Origin: Calditrichaceae bacterium
GTDB lineage: Bacteria; Calditrichota; Calditrichia; Calditrichales; JBFXGD01
NCBI GenBank assembly: GCA_050173015.1
Contig: JBFXLE010000001.1
Coordinates: 279,077-343,076, forward strand
Reading direction: 5' to 3'
DNA length: 64,000 nt
Each line of letters begins with the position of its first letter. The stretch's first letter is position 1. The notes under the pieces are model-generated. The model had not been told where the DNA came from, searched no databases, and was given only the letters and a program-made list of their open reading frames with translations. The position numbers and the translations under genes were made by a program. Below are positions 51,303-61,426 of this stretch, one piece after another.

Positions 51303-53015
51303 ATGTTGAAGAGATTAATGAGCATAGTGATGGTGGGAATATTCGCTTTATTAGCGGCCAGTTGTAGCTTATCGGATGATACGGTCGCCAAAGTTGGTAA
51401 TTACGCTATAAGTAAAGTGGAATTTGAGGAGCAACTGAAGCGGAAATTTCCGGAAAAAGAATCCTATATTGATGTTCCAAAAGAAGAAAAAATGAAAATC
51501 CTTGATCAGATGTTAATGCAAAAGCTAAAGCTGACAGATGCATATGATTCCAAGTTACAGGAAGATGGGGCAATAATCACTAATTTTGAAAGTCACAAAG
51601 AAAATTTATATGCCAAAAAATATTTTGAAAAAATTGTCGTCGATAAGCTTGTAACAGAAGAGGAGCTTCGCGCCTCTTTTGATTTACAAAAAGACCGAAT
51701 CAATGTCAGCCATATTCTAATCAGTTACAAGGGAATATCAAGGAGCCCGGCGACGAGAACAATGGACGAAGCGATCGCATTGTCCAAAGAAATAGTTGAA
51801 AAAGCGAGGGCGGGAGAAGATTTTGCAGAGTTGGCCCAAAAATATTCAGATGACCGGACTGTAGGAAAAAATAAGGGTAGTCTTGGTTTTTTGACACCCG
51901 GCAAAATGGTTCCGGAGTTTGAGAAGGCAGCATATAAATTAAACGCTGGCGAGATATCTGATCCTGTTCTCACGATATATGGTTACCATATCATTAAACT
52001 TGATGATAAAAAACCAAATGATGCTTTCAAATTTGCGCAATATGATAGAGAAAAAGAAAATCTCAAAAAAATATTTTTCCAGGCCTATAGGGATACGGCA
52101 AGGATTATGTGGGATGCCCATATTGCAGCCGTAAAGAAAAAAACTTCATTCAGAATAGCTGATGGAAATATTGAGACCTTAGTGAATTCATCCATCGAGA
52201 AAAGCGGTAAAAGCGGGGGATTGAAGATCGAGGATTATACCGATCAGGAGAAAACTATGGTACTGGCGGAATGGTCAGGAAAAACATTGACCTTGAACGA
52301 CTTGTTTCAGGCATACAGTAGTACGATTATGAGGATGAAAAGTACCCTGATGAGCGTGGAAGGATTGCGAGGAGTGACAGAGAATTACGCCGTGCGAAAA
52401 ATGTTGCTTGCTGATGCCATCAAAATTGGCGTAAATAAAGATCCTGATGTAGTCGGGATACTGAATCAAATGCTGGAACAACCAATGATTACTGCCATAG
52501 AAAAAAAACAAGTCATGGATAAGGTAAAAATTGAAGATGAAGATTTACTAAAATACTATGAAGAGAATAAAAATGAATTCATCCTACCGGAAGAGTTAGA
52601 AATCTGGGAATTATTTCTCAAAGATGAGGCAAAAGCTAAAAAGGTATCTAAGCTGGCAAAAAGCGGACAAAATTTTGAAAAATTGGTTGAGAAGTATTCC
52701 GAAGATCCGGGAATTAAGAAGAAGAACGGTTATCTCGGTTTCAGAACCATCAATTCAAGAGAAAATGTTGCAACTACCGCATTTAAGCTGGGACCAAACA
52801 AAATATCTGACCCGTTTCGGTTCAGGAATGGCTGGGTTGTTATCAAGACAGGAAAACTAAATCCAGAAACAATCAGAAGTTTTGAGTCAGCAAAACAGTT
52901 AGTCACATCAAAAGTCCGCGGTCTGAAGATCAGAGAGCGGAGAGCCCAGTGGGAAAATGAATTAAAAGAAAAATATTCCGTTAAAATTAATCAAGATTTA
53001 CTGGAAAAAATATGA
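51303..53015 (+). CDS. lipoprotein peptidyl-prolyl isomerase (parvulin, PrsA-like, two PPIC domains)
   Basis: lipobox-like LAASC, VSHILI, GEDFAELAQKYSDD, MVPEFEKAAY, YGYHII. Confidence 0.85.
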   Translation: MLKRLMSIVMVGIFALLAASCSLSDDTVAKVGNYAISKVEFEEQLKRKFPEKESYIDVPKEEKMKILDQMLMQKLKLTDAYDSKLQEDGAIITNFESHKENLYAKKYFEKIVVDKLVTEEELRASFDLQKDRINVSHILISYKGISRSPATRTMDEAIALSKEIVEKARAGEDFAELAQKYSDDRTVGKNKGSLGFLTPGKMVPEFEKAAYKLNAGEISDPVLTIYGYHIIKLDDKKPNDAFKFAQYDREKENLKKIFFQAYRDTARIMWDAHIAAVKKKTSFRIADGNIETLVNSSIEKSGKSGGLKIEDYTDQEKTMVLAEWSGKTLTLNDLFQAYSSTIMRMKSTLMSVEGLRGVTENYAVRKMLLADAIKIGVNKDPDVVGILNQMLEQPMITAIEKKQVMDKVKIEDEDLLKYYEENKNEFILPEELEIWELFLKDEAKAKKVSKLAKSGQNFEKLVEKYSEDPGIKKKNGYLGFRTINSRENVATTAFKLGPNKISDPFRFRNGWVVIKTGKLNPETIRSFESAKQLVTSKVRGLKIRERRAQWENELKEKYSVKINQDLLEKI

Positions 53016-53872
53016 TGCTTTCGAATGTCACTTCCAAAATCAGGATCCGCTCACTTGGTTTTATGTTTGCTGTTCTGATTATTGGATCTGTAGGCTGCGA
53101 GCAAAATACAGACATTCCTGAAGATTTGGTTGCGCAGGTAAATGATCAATTCCTGTTGAAGGAACAGCTTCAATACAGCGTGCCGGAGGGATTGGATGAT
53201 AAAATGGCGCTTGCTCTGCAGAAAAATCTGATCACCCAATGGGTGGAGAATGAAATTTTTTATCAAACTGCCGTAAAAGAAGGGGTGGCTTATACATCTG
53301 CTGAAAAGTACATGATTGATCAGTATATGAAAGCCTTGCTTGTTCAACGCTATCTGGACCAGAGGCTGAATAAGAATTATAAAATCTCACAAAAAGAGAT
53401 GGATGATTACTACCGCGATCACTCTAAAGAGCTTGTGAGGAAAGAAGACGAAGTCCACCTGATCCATTTACTTCTGGAACAGAAGGATAATGCGATTTTT
53501 AAGGAGATCGGGGAATCCTCTAATTTGATGAGTTTGATTAAAAAATATTATTTTGATGAAAAATCTACCAGTGAGCGACCGAATGGTGATTTAGGATACG
53601 TTCCGGTTTCCGATTTGCCGGATGAGTTTGTAAAAGTGATCTCACGAATGCGTACCGGAGCGATCTCAAATCCTATCCGAACTGATCAGGGGTATCATTT
53701 TTTTCAACTGGTTGATTTTCAAAAAAAAGGAAGCACGATCGATCTTGAATTGGTGAAGAATGAAATTATGATGCGAATCAAAAAGGAGAGAAGGGGCGAA
53801 GAGCTCGAAAGACTCAAAAAGGAACTAAAAGAAAATTTTCAGGTTCAGACATATCTGAGCAAAATTCAATAG
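53012..53872 (+). CDS. lipoprotein peptidyl-prolyl isomerase (parvulin-like)
   Basis: SVGC lipobox, VAQVND, GDLGYV, ISNPIRTDQGYH. Confidence 0.8.
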   Translation: MMLSNVTSKIRIRSLGFMFAVLIIGSVGCEQNTDIPEDLVAQVNDQFLLKEQLQYSVPEGLDDKMALALQKNLITQWVENEIFYQTAVKEGVAYTSAEKYMIDQYMKALLVQRYLDQRLNKNYKISQKEMDDYYRDHSKELVRKEDEVHLIHLLLEQKDNAIFKEIGESSNLMSLIKKYYFDEKSTSERPNGDLGYVPVSDLPDEFVKVISRMRTGAISNPIRTDQGYHFFQLVDFQKKGSTIDLELVKNEIMMRIKKERRGEELERLKKELKENFQVQTYLSKIQ

Positions 53873-53887
53873 AAAAGGTTATCGTAA

Positions 53888-55174
53888 ATGAAAAATAAGA
53901 TCATATTCTCAGTTTTTTCTGTACTTTTAATGATTATTCCATTGCGCGGCCAGCAGTTGGTGGAAGGTGTCGCCGCTGTAGTCGGCAAGGAAATTATTCT
54001 GCGTTCAGAAATTGAACAATATGTGCAGAATTATATCATTCAGAATCGCATTGATATTCAGAAACAACCTGAATTGTTGGAAAAGCTGAGGAAGGAGACC
54101 CTTTCTTCGCTCATTGATCAACAAATTCTCATTGTTAAAGCTGATGAAGATACAATTACTGTTGAAGATGACGTTCTGGATCAGCAGGTAGAGAACCGAA
54201 TCCGTTACATGGTCGAACAGGTCGGATCCGAGGAAAAACTGGAACAGGTTTTTGGCAGTCCGATGAAAAAAATCAAAAAAGACACCCGCAGAGTCATCAA
54301 GGATCAGATGTTGGTTGAGGAAGTACGTCGGAGAAAATTCGCTGATATAAAAGTATCCAGACGCGAAGTGGAAGAATTCTATAAACTGTATTCTGATAGT
54401 TTGCCGGTACTGGATGAAACGGTAGATATAAGTCACATTCTGATGTTGGTAAAAGCTTCTGAAGTCGCGCGTAAGTCTGCTTATGACAGGATCAGCGAAA
54501 TATATAAGCAGGTTCGGGATGGATCCGATTTTTCAAAACTAGCCGCTAAATATTCCGAAGATCCCGCATCCGCTAAACGTGGTGGGGACTTAGGTATGAT
54601 CGGCCGCGGTGATTTTGTAAAAGAATTTGAAGCCGCCGCATTCGCGCTTAATGATGGGGAAATTTCCGAGATTGTGCAGACCCAGTTTGGTTTCCATATC
54701 ATCCAAATGATCGAACGAAGAGGTGAAAAAGTCCGTACCCGTCATATTTTGATCCGAGTAGTGCCAAATAGTGATGATGACGAGAGAACTAAAAAAGAGC
54801 TAGCCGATATAAGACAGCGCGCCATGGAAGGGGAAGATTTTGGTGAATTGGCACTGCAGTACTCTGACGACGAGAATGTTAAAAAAGACCGTGGTCACCT
54901 TGGTATCTTTGAAGTCAGTAAGTTAGTGGTGCCCGAGTTTAGAAATCAAATAGAACATCTTAAAATTGGTGAAATCAGCCAACCGTTCAAAACGGAGTTC
55001 GGGTACCATATTGTGAAATTGGAGAATAGACAGGAAAAAAGAAGCCTGACCATGGAGAATGACTGGCAAAAAATTCAGACGATGGCATTAAATTATAAAA
55101 GAGATAATGAATATGGGATATGGCTACAGGCTCTCCGGAATGAAATTCCTATCGAAATACGGCCAGGTTCCTGA
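53888..55174 (+). CDS. surA: SurA-like periplasmic chaperone / PPIase
   Basis: VAAVVGKEIILRSE SurA N-domain, two parvulin domains (ISHIL, GGDLG, FGFHII; RHIL, FGYHIV). Confidence 0.85.
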   Translation: MKNKIIFSVFSVLLMIIPLRGQQLVEGVAAVVGKEIILRSEIEQYVQNYIIQNRIDIQKQPELLEKLRKETLSSLIDQQILIVKADEDTITVEDDVLDQQVENRIRYMVEQVGSEEKLEQVFGSPMKKIKKDTRRVIKDQMLVEEVRRRKFADIKVSRREVEEFYKLYSDSLPVLDETVDISHILMLVKASEVARKSAYDRISEIYKQVRDGSDFSKLAAKYSEDPASAKRGGDLGMIGRGDFVKEFEAAAFALNDGEISEIVQTQFGFHIIQMIERRGEKVRTRHILIRVVPNSDDDERTKKELADIRQRAMEGEDFGELALQYSDDENVKKDRGHLGIFEVSKLVVPEFRNQIEHLKIGEISQPFKTEFGYHIVKLENRQEKRSLTMENDWQKIQTMALNYKRDNEYGIWLQALRNEIPIEIRPGS

Positions 55175-55209
55175 TAATTGTTTTATGAAAAAAATGGCAG
55201 AATATATTG

Positions 55210-56562
55210 ATGAAAGATCTGTTGCTGTATGAACCAAACTCCGAAAGAGAAGCTAAGATAGTTAGCCAGATCGATAATCATATCGTCTTCGAAAAAGCTA
55301 AATCTCTTGACCAGTTAATTACTTCAATTGAAAAATTTATATTTAAAATCGTTATACTGGATCTTGATTCACTGAGGATATCCGCGATAGTGGATATCCT
55401 TCAGAGAATCAGATTAAATCTCCCTGAAGCATTTGTAATAGGAATAACCGCCCTAAAAACAGCTCAACTGGTTAATAAAATCTCATTTCACAGGATTTTT
55501 GTAATGGATTACAGTGATGATGTGCTGTACCACATTGGTATACTGGTGAAATACTTTAACGAGCAGGAAATTCTTGTAAGAGAAAACGGCAACAGTGAAA
55601 GGAAATACAAATATATCGGTGACAGTCCGGCGATCAAAAGGATACTTCAACAACTGGATGTGGTGAAAAATTCGGATATGCATTTATTGCTCACGGGTGA
55701 AACCGGAAGCGGGAAGACGGAGCTGGCAAGATATATACATCAGGAATCCAGACGAAGAAACCTTCCGTTTATGCATATTAATTGCGCCGCAATTCCTGAA
55801 AACCTGCTTGAAACGGAATTATTCGGTTACGAAGCCGGTGCCTTCACGGGCGCGGCGACGAACAAAATCGGAAAATTTCAGGCAGCGGGAGGAGGTACCA
55901 TTTGTCTTGATGAAATTGGCGAAATCCCGCTTCATTTACAAGCCAAGCTATTGAAAGTTCTGGATGAAAAATCATTTTATCCTGTAGGGGGAATTCAACC
56001 CGTAAAAATGAATGCCAGAATTATTGCCGCGACGAATAAAGACCTGTTCAGGGCTGTTCAGGTGAAAAAATTCAGGGAAGATCTGTATTACCGTCTGAAT
56101 ACTTTTGAGATACATGTGCCCGCGCTTAGGGAGAGGAAAGAAGATATTCGGATTCTTTTTGATTATCTGGTGGAAAGATACGTAACCGCAAATGATCTTG
56201 CTTTCCCGGAGATAGATGAAGGCGTGCATCAGTTGTTAAATCAATACGAGTGGTATGGAAATATACGAGAATTACAAAATGTTGTGGAATCAAGTATGTG
56301 TTATCATCCGGAAAAACTGACCATTTCACATCTGCCTGACTTCCTTGTTTCATCACCTGAAGTCAAACTCGTTAAGGCGGCTCTTGAGCTAAAGCCTCTC
56401 GATGAAATAAAATCTCAATACGCGAAACATGTTTATGAAAAATCCGGAAATAATATGACACGCGCAGCGCGTGTTCTCGGAGTGGATGTGAAGACCATGC
56501 GAAAATTGTTACTCAAATCTGCCGAGAACAGCGACGAACTTGAAGAGCTGTCGTCTGATTAA
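55210..56562 (+). CDS. sigma54-dependent transcriptional activator (atypical REC-like N-terminus, AAA+, Fis HTH)
   Basis: GETGSGKT, INCAAIP, GAFTGA, LDEIGE, FREDLYYRLN, WYGNIREL, NMTRAARVLG. Confidence 0.92.
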   Translation: MKDLLLYEPNSEREAKIVSQIDNHIVFEKAKSLDQLITSIEKFIFKIVILDLDSLRISAIVDILQRIRLNLPEAFVIGITALKTAQLVNKISFHRIFVMDYSDDVLYHIGILVKYFNEQEILVRENGNSERKYKYIGDSPAIKRILQQLDVVKNSDMHLLLTGETGSGKTELARYIHQESRRRNLPFMHINCAAIPENLLETELFGYEAGAFTGAATNKIGKFQAAGGGTICLDEIGEIPLHLQAKLLKVLDEKSFYPVGGIQPVKMNARIIAATNKDLFRAVQVKKFREDLYYRLNTFEIHVPALRERKEDIRILFDYLVERYVTANDLAFPEIDEGVHQLLNQYEWYGNIRELQNVVESSMCYHPEKLTISHLPDFLVSSPEVKLVKAALELKPLDEIKSQYAKHVYEKSGNNMTRAARVLGVDVKTMRKLLLKSAENSDELEELSSD

Positions 56563-56656
56563 TACTAAAAATAAATTTTTATTTCTAAATGAATTGATTA
56601 AATTTGATCTAAAGTGTATCGCATTCCAATGACAGATCAACTCTCCAAAAGCGCGC

Positions 56657-58276
56657 ATGAAAGAATTTTTTTTAAATATCTTTAATCGGCAGAAGAATTT
56701 CCATCCATGGATGGAAATAGATGTTTTTGGGGAATGCCGGAGATTACTCGCTGAAACAAAACTTCCCTCGCCCGGAGCTGAATTTCATGACAAATTTTTA
56801 GAAACGCTCATCCGCCTGGTTAAATCCGGGAAATGGCCGCGCTATATACTTTATCATTCGAGATCGGATGCTGATCAATGGCAATATGCTGCCTGTTCGA
56901 AAAAGGTTAAGTTAAATGTAACGGATCATTTAATGAATCTTTCCGATCAGCACCCTTATGTGATCCTTGATTCACTGCACCCGTTAATTCAAAAGCTGCA
57001 TTCCAACGGAATTACATCAGATATTAAATCCGGATTGTTGTTTCAGTTGTTTGATAATTATGACTACCTGGTAATGAGTGGAGAACACTCAAAAAAAAGT
57101 TATAAGTCACTGGATTTTGTTAAATCACTTGTTCTTGCTCTCAAAGAAAAATCAGAACTTATAGAAACTGTAAATTCCCTTAAAATAAAGATAACGGATG
57201 TAGAGAAAAGATTAATTTTAACAGAATCAGAGCTGGATCGCACGGATAAAGCTCTTAAAAAACGCGCTTTTGAAATTCACAATATTTTGGAAATCAGCAA
57301 TGAACTCTATCCTATTTTAAATCTTAAACAATTGATTAATTCAGCATTGCTGATCATAGTGGGACAGATAACCTGTCAAAAGTCATTTGCGCTCCTTTAT
57401 GATCCCGTCCACAGAAATTACTCTCGTCCTTTCAGCAAGGGAATCAGTAACAATGAATTTGATGGCTTATCCATAGATATTGATTATCCCTTAATAAAAC
57501 ATTTTTTACAAGAACAAAAGCCGGTTTTTGTCGATAATATAGAAGATATGGATCTGTCAACAAAATTCGCCCAATTTCTTGACAAAAATCAAATAAAGAT
57601 CGTCGCGCCGATCATATATTCTCAGCGTGTAAGAGGTCTCATAGGTTGTGGAGCAAAGCTTCACGGGAAAGAATTTGAACGAACAGACCTGGAAATGTTC
57701 AACATTCTTGTGAATATCATTTCGATTTCTGTGGGAAATGCCCAAACTTATGAAGAAGTCAAAAACTTATCGCTGACTGATGCCATGACAAATTTACATA
57801 ATTATCGATATTTTGAAGAACGCTTAAAAGAAGAGATTAATCGGGCCCGCAGAAATAACGGTTCAGTTTCATTGATTATGCTGGATATTGATCATTTTAA
57901 AAATTATAACGACACACTCGGACATCAGGCCGGAGATGAGGCATTGAGGACACTGAGTTGGGTGTTGAAAAATTCGGTCCGCGAAGAGGATGTTGTTAAT
58001 CGGTATGGCGGCGAAGAATTTAGTATAATTCTACCCGGAATTGATAAAAATGTGATCAAAATTCTTGGGGAAAGAATAAGGCAAAAAGTGGAAAAAACGG
58101 TGTTTTTCAAAGAGAACATCCAACCAGGCGGACAATTCACAGTCAGTCTCGGTGCTGCTTCATTTCCTGATGATGCGGCAGACTTCGAAGATCTTGTGTA
58201 TAAGTCGGATCAGGCGCTATACCGTTCAAAAAATTCCGGGCGAAATTGTTTTACCCTTTACAATCCGGGAAATTGA
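56657..58276 (+). CDS. coiled-coil-GAF-GGDEF diguanylate cyclase
   Basis: TDAMTNLHN, DIDHFK.YND..GH..GD, REED I-site 5 aa before GGEEF. Confidence 0.92.
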   Translation: MKEFFLNIFNRQKNFHPWMEIDVFGECRRLLAETKLPSPGAEFHDKFLETLIRLVKSGKWPRYILYHSRSDADQWQYAACSKKVKLNVTDHLMNLSDQHPYVILDSLHPLIQKLHSNGITSDIKSGLLFQLFDNYDYLVMSGEHSKKSYKSLDFVKSLVLALKEKSELIETVNSLKIKITDVEKRLILTESELDRTDKALKKRAFEIHNILEISNELYPILNLKQLINSALLIIVGQITCQKSFALLYDPVHRNYSRPFSKGISNNEFDGLSIDIDYPLIKHFLQEQKPVFVDNIEDMDLSTKFAQFLDKNQIKIVAPIIYSQRVRGLIGCGAKLHGKEFERTDLEMFNILVNIISISVGNAQTYEEVKNLSLTDAMTNLHNYRYFEERLKEEINRARRNNGSVSLIMLDIDHFKNYNDTLGHQAGDEALRTLSWVLKNSVREEDVVNRYGGEEFSIILPGIDKNVIKILGERIRQKVEKTVFFKENIQPGGQFTVSLGAASFPDDAADFEDLVYKSDQALYRSKNSGRNCFTLYNPGN

Positions 58277-58399
58277 TGTTATAATATTGTTTGATAATAT
58301 TTATTTCTTGCAAATAATGGCTTGAATTGAGTAATATTTATATTAAAAATAACCTGAAGAAGAACCGCTCTTTTTGAATTTCACTCTGGGGGATTACCG

Positions 58400-59548
58400 A
58401 TGTCGGATATTGGATTTAACGACAATGTAAATGTAACCGGAAGAAAATTTCATGTTCAGACCGCCAGCAGAAGCGCTAAAGGTGTAGTTCAATGTGAAGT
58501 ATTTGAAGCCGGAAGGCTGATTACAACACATGAAGTGGAATTCGAACGGCGAAAATATGGGGATGAACACTCTCTCGAAGAACGTGTTAAAACCATGGTG
58601 GAGGCGCTTCACCGTGACACATTGCACGAAATCGAATTAATGTTCATGATCGCTGAAAAGGTGAAAAAATTACGTCACGCCCCTTCGAATGTGAAAATGG
58701 GCTTGATGTTTTTGCGAAATAATCTGGTTCAGGATGCCATCGAACAGTTTGAACTTGGGATTTCAATCGATCAGAAATCGGTTGACGCGTTAAATAATCT
58801 TGGCCTTGCCTATATTAAACTCGGCAAAAACGCAAAAGCCATCCAAATTCTGAATAAAGCCCTTGAACTTGGCCCTCCGTACGCGGATATATATCATAAC
58901 CTCGGTCTTGTATATCTTAATGAAAAGCAGCATTATAAAGCTCTTGGTTATTTTCAGGAAGCCCTGCGTATCAATCCCAACTACCTGGAAGCTCATTATA
59001 ATCTGGCCATTCTTTATCTGGACAGTATATTATATGATAAAAAAGATGATCTGCTCCCACCCCCGTCAATAAGATATGAAAGGTCTCAGCAACAGCTTAA
59101 AAAAATTGAATCCAATGGAAATGAACAGTTTAAGCAAATGATGCCCAAGATTCAAAAAATGCTGAGCAGCAAGGAAATCGATCAGGTGATCAATTTCCTT
59201 AGCGCAAATCGCAACAGGGTATTCCCGAATGAGATACTGAGCCTGATCGGAATCGATTTTTACCTCAAATTCATGTACGGCGGGAAGGGACTTAATAATG
59301 ATATTATAAAGAAATTCGAAAATAAACTGTACAAAGCAATTGATGATAATTCTGACTATGCGGATCTTTGGAATAATCTTGGAATCGTACACTTAATACA
59401 ATGCCGCAATTTGTTCCTGCAGGCGTTGACTGAGTTTGACCGGTCCCTGGAGATAAATCCTACTTTTGACAAGGCTTTAAAAAATAAAAAACTGGTTGAA
59501 AATGACGGAAAAGAATTTTTGATACTTTTAAGGGCGATTCTAAAATAA
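58400..59548 (+). CDS. TPR protein with uncharacterised N-terminal domain
   Basis: canonical TPRs (ALNNLGLAY, IYHNLGLVY, AHYNLA, LWNNLG); N-terminal GFNDNV..FHVQT segment. Confidence 0.85.
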   Translation: MSDIGFNDNVNVTGRKFHVQTASRSAKGVVQCEVFEAGRLITTHEVEFERRKYGDEHSLEERVKTMVEALHRDTLHEIELMFMIAEKVKKLRHAPSNVKMGLMFLRNNLVQDAIEQFELGISIDQKSVDALNNLGLAYIKLGKNAKAIQILNKALELGPPYADIYHNLGLVYLNEKQHYKALGYFQEALRINPNYLEAHYNLAILYLDSILYDKKDDLLPPPSIRYERSQQQLKKIESNGNEQFKQMMPKIQKMLSSKEIDQVINFLSANRNRVFPNEILSLIGIDFYLKFMYGGKGLNNDIIKKFENKLYKAIDDNSDYADLWNNLGIVHLIQCRNLFLQALTEFDRSLEINPTFDKALKNKKLVENDGKEFLILLRAILK

Positions 59549-59552
59549 AATT

Positions 59553-61289
59553 ATGATACTATTTTATCAATTAAGCAAGTCAAGCCAATCCAGATGGTAT
59601 TTTTTCTCAAAATTTTTATTCCTTGCGTTAATCGCAGTGATCTGGATAAAGAGCATCAATACACTGGATCAGGCGTCCCACCGGCTGATGCTCATTGCCG
59701 TACTGCTTTCACTGGCCTCCCTCGTTTTTTGGGGAGTCGTATTTTATGGCAAGGAATTTCATCAGATAACCGCCTATTGGTTGGGCATTATTGATGTTGC
59801 AATCTTGTTTGGCTTCGTCTACCCGGTCAACTATCTGCAGGGATTGTTTTATGTGCTCCCCGCCCTTTTGATTGTTACATCTGTTTTCCTATTACCGAGG
59901 AAGCAAAGTCAGTTTATTGCCTTATCTCTTCTTCTTGCTCTTACTGTATCAACTCTTGTTTTCACTTTGCTGGGTCTGTTTATAAGTCCGTTAGAAACTT
60001 ATTTATCACTTCTTTTGCTGAATGGATTGATATATTTCGCTTCATATACAATGGTCGAGACGGTGGCCTCTATGCAAAATCAGCAGAAAAAACTGGAAGA
60101 ACAAAAACTCTATTTTCAGAATAAATGTAATATTTTGCAGCGTGAACATCTTTTAGCCCGGCAGAGGATGGAAAATCTTAGCAAGGATGTCAGGAAAAAA
60201 GACATTGAGATAAAAAATATCGTAACATTAAGCGGACAATATACCTTCGGATCAGATTTTCGAAAAGCGTTAAAATCATTTCTGCTGACTATCATAGGTC
60301 AGATTGGCAGTGAGCATGCCGCTGTTCTTACCAAAGAGAAAAAAGAACATAATTTTTATAAAATTATTGCTGAAAAAGGGTTGAGAAGCATAGAATACAC
60401 GGGCTTGAGAATATATCTCGATAGTAACTTTATCAAGCTGCTGGATTCGACACGCGAACCGATGTTAATTAAACAGATTCCGCGTGAAGGGCTTTATGAT
60501 GATGAGATTCGGCTTTTGAATTTATTCAGCGAAGATCTCATCTGCCCTTTGATAATCAAGAAAAGGCTGGTTGGACTGTTAATCGTCGGTAATAAACTTT
60601 CAGGGGCAGGATTTACCAAGGAAGATATAAATCTTGTTTCAATAATTTCGAATCAGGCCGCTTTTTTAATGGAGCAGTCACAAATATCAGAGGACTTTCA
60701 GGAATTTTATGCTAAAACCATAAGATCCATGCTCAGAGCCCTGGAGTCAAAATACGTTTTCGCCCGGGGACATGTGATAAGAACAGCAAATTATGTGAAT
60801 ATACTTTCGCGAAAATTAGGAATGAATAGTGAACAGGTCAAAGAAATGACTTATGGTACACTGTTGCATGATGTTGGAAAAATTGCGGTACGGGATGAAT
60901 ATTTGCTGAACGATCAGATATTCACGGATGATGAAAACGCGATTAAGAAGAAAATTCTGGAACATACCCTAAAGGGAGCCGCCATTCTTAACTCGGCCGG
61001 ATTCAATGAAACGGTTGTTGACCTCGCCTTACATCATCATGAATTTTATAACGGTCACGGATTTCCACATCGAATCGGGGAGAATGATCTATCAGCCGGG
61101 GCGAGAATATTAGCTGTTTGTAATACATATGATGCGATGACATCCGACCGGCCGCACAGAAAAGCCCTGCCCGATCAGACCGCGCGCGAGTATTTGCAGT
61201 TTAATGCAAATAAACAGTACGATCCCGAAATTGTTAAACTTTTCTTCAATGAGCTCGAAAATAATAAGGAAATGCAAAGATATCATTAA
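59553..61289 (+). CDS. membrane-bound coiled-coil-GAF-HD-GYP-type phosphodiesterase (variant motifs)
   Basis: about 6 TM segments, GHVIR, LHDVGK, HHHEFYNGHGFP, CNTYDAMTSDRP. Confidence 0.85.
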   Translation: MILFYQLSKSSQSRWYFFSKFLFLALIAVIWIKSINTLDQASHRLMLIAVLLSLASLVFWGVVFYGKEFHQITAYWLGIIDVAILFGFVYPVNYLQGLFYVLPALLIVTSVFLLPRKQSQFIALSLLLALTVSTLVFTLLGLFISPLETYLSLLLLNGLIYFASYTMVETVASMQNQQKKLEEQKLYFQNKCNILQREHLLARQRMENLSKDVRKKDIEIKNIVTLSGQYTFGSDFRKALKSFLLTIIGQIGSEHAAVLTKEKKEHNFYKIIAEKGLRSIEYTGLRIYLDSNFIKLLDSTREPMLIKQIPREGLYDDEIRLLNLFSEDLICPLIIKKRLVGLLIVGNKLSGAGFTKEDINLVSIISNQAAFLMEQSQISEDFQEFYAKTIRSMLRALESKYVFARGHVIRTANYVNILSRKLGMNSEQVKEMTYGTLLHDVGKIAVRDEYLLNDQIFTDDENAIKKKILEHTLKGAAILNSAGFNETVVDLALHHHEFYNGHGFPHRIGENDLSAGARILAVCNTYDAMTSDRPHRKALPDQTAREYLQFNANKQYDPEIVKLFFNELENNKEMQRYH

Positions 61290-61426
61290 AATGGTTTGAT
61301 ATTTTTGTATTTAACGGAATGTGCGTTTAATCACCAACAATTGTTCGGGGAAAGGTCATATTATTCTAAATTTTGTACAAAAATTAAATATAATCTTTAA
61401 TAAAAAGTGTACGAGTATAAAATATT

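Noticed and set aside
55195-55210. TGGCAGAATATATTGA as a sigma54 promoter
   Set aside because: Spacing is off by one, it lacks the -12 GC, and it abuts the start codon
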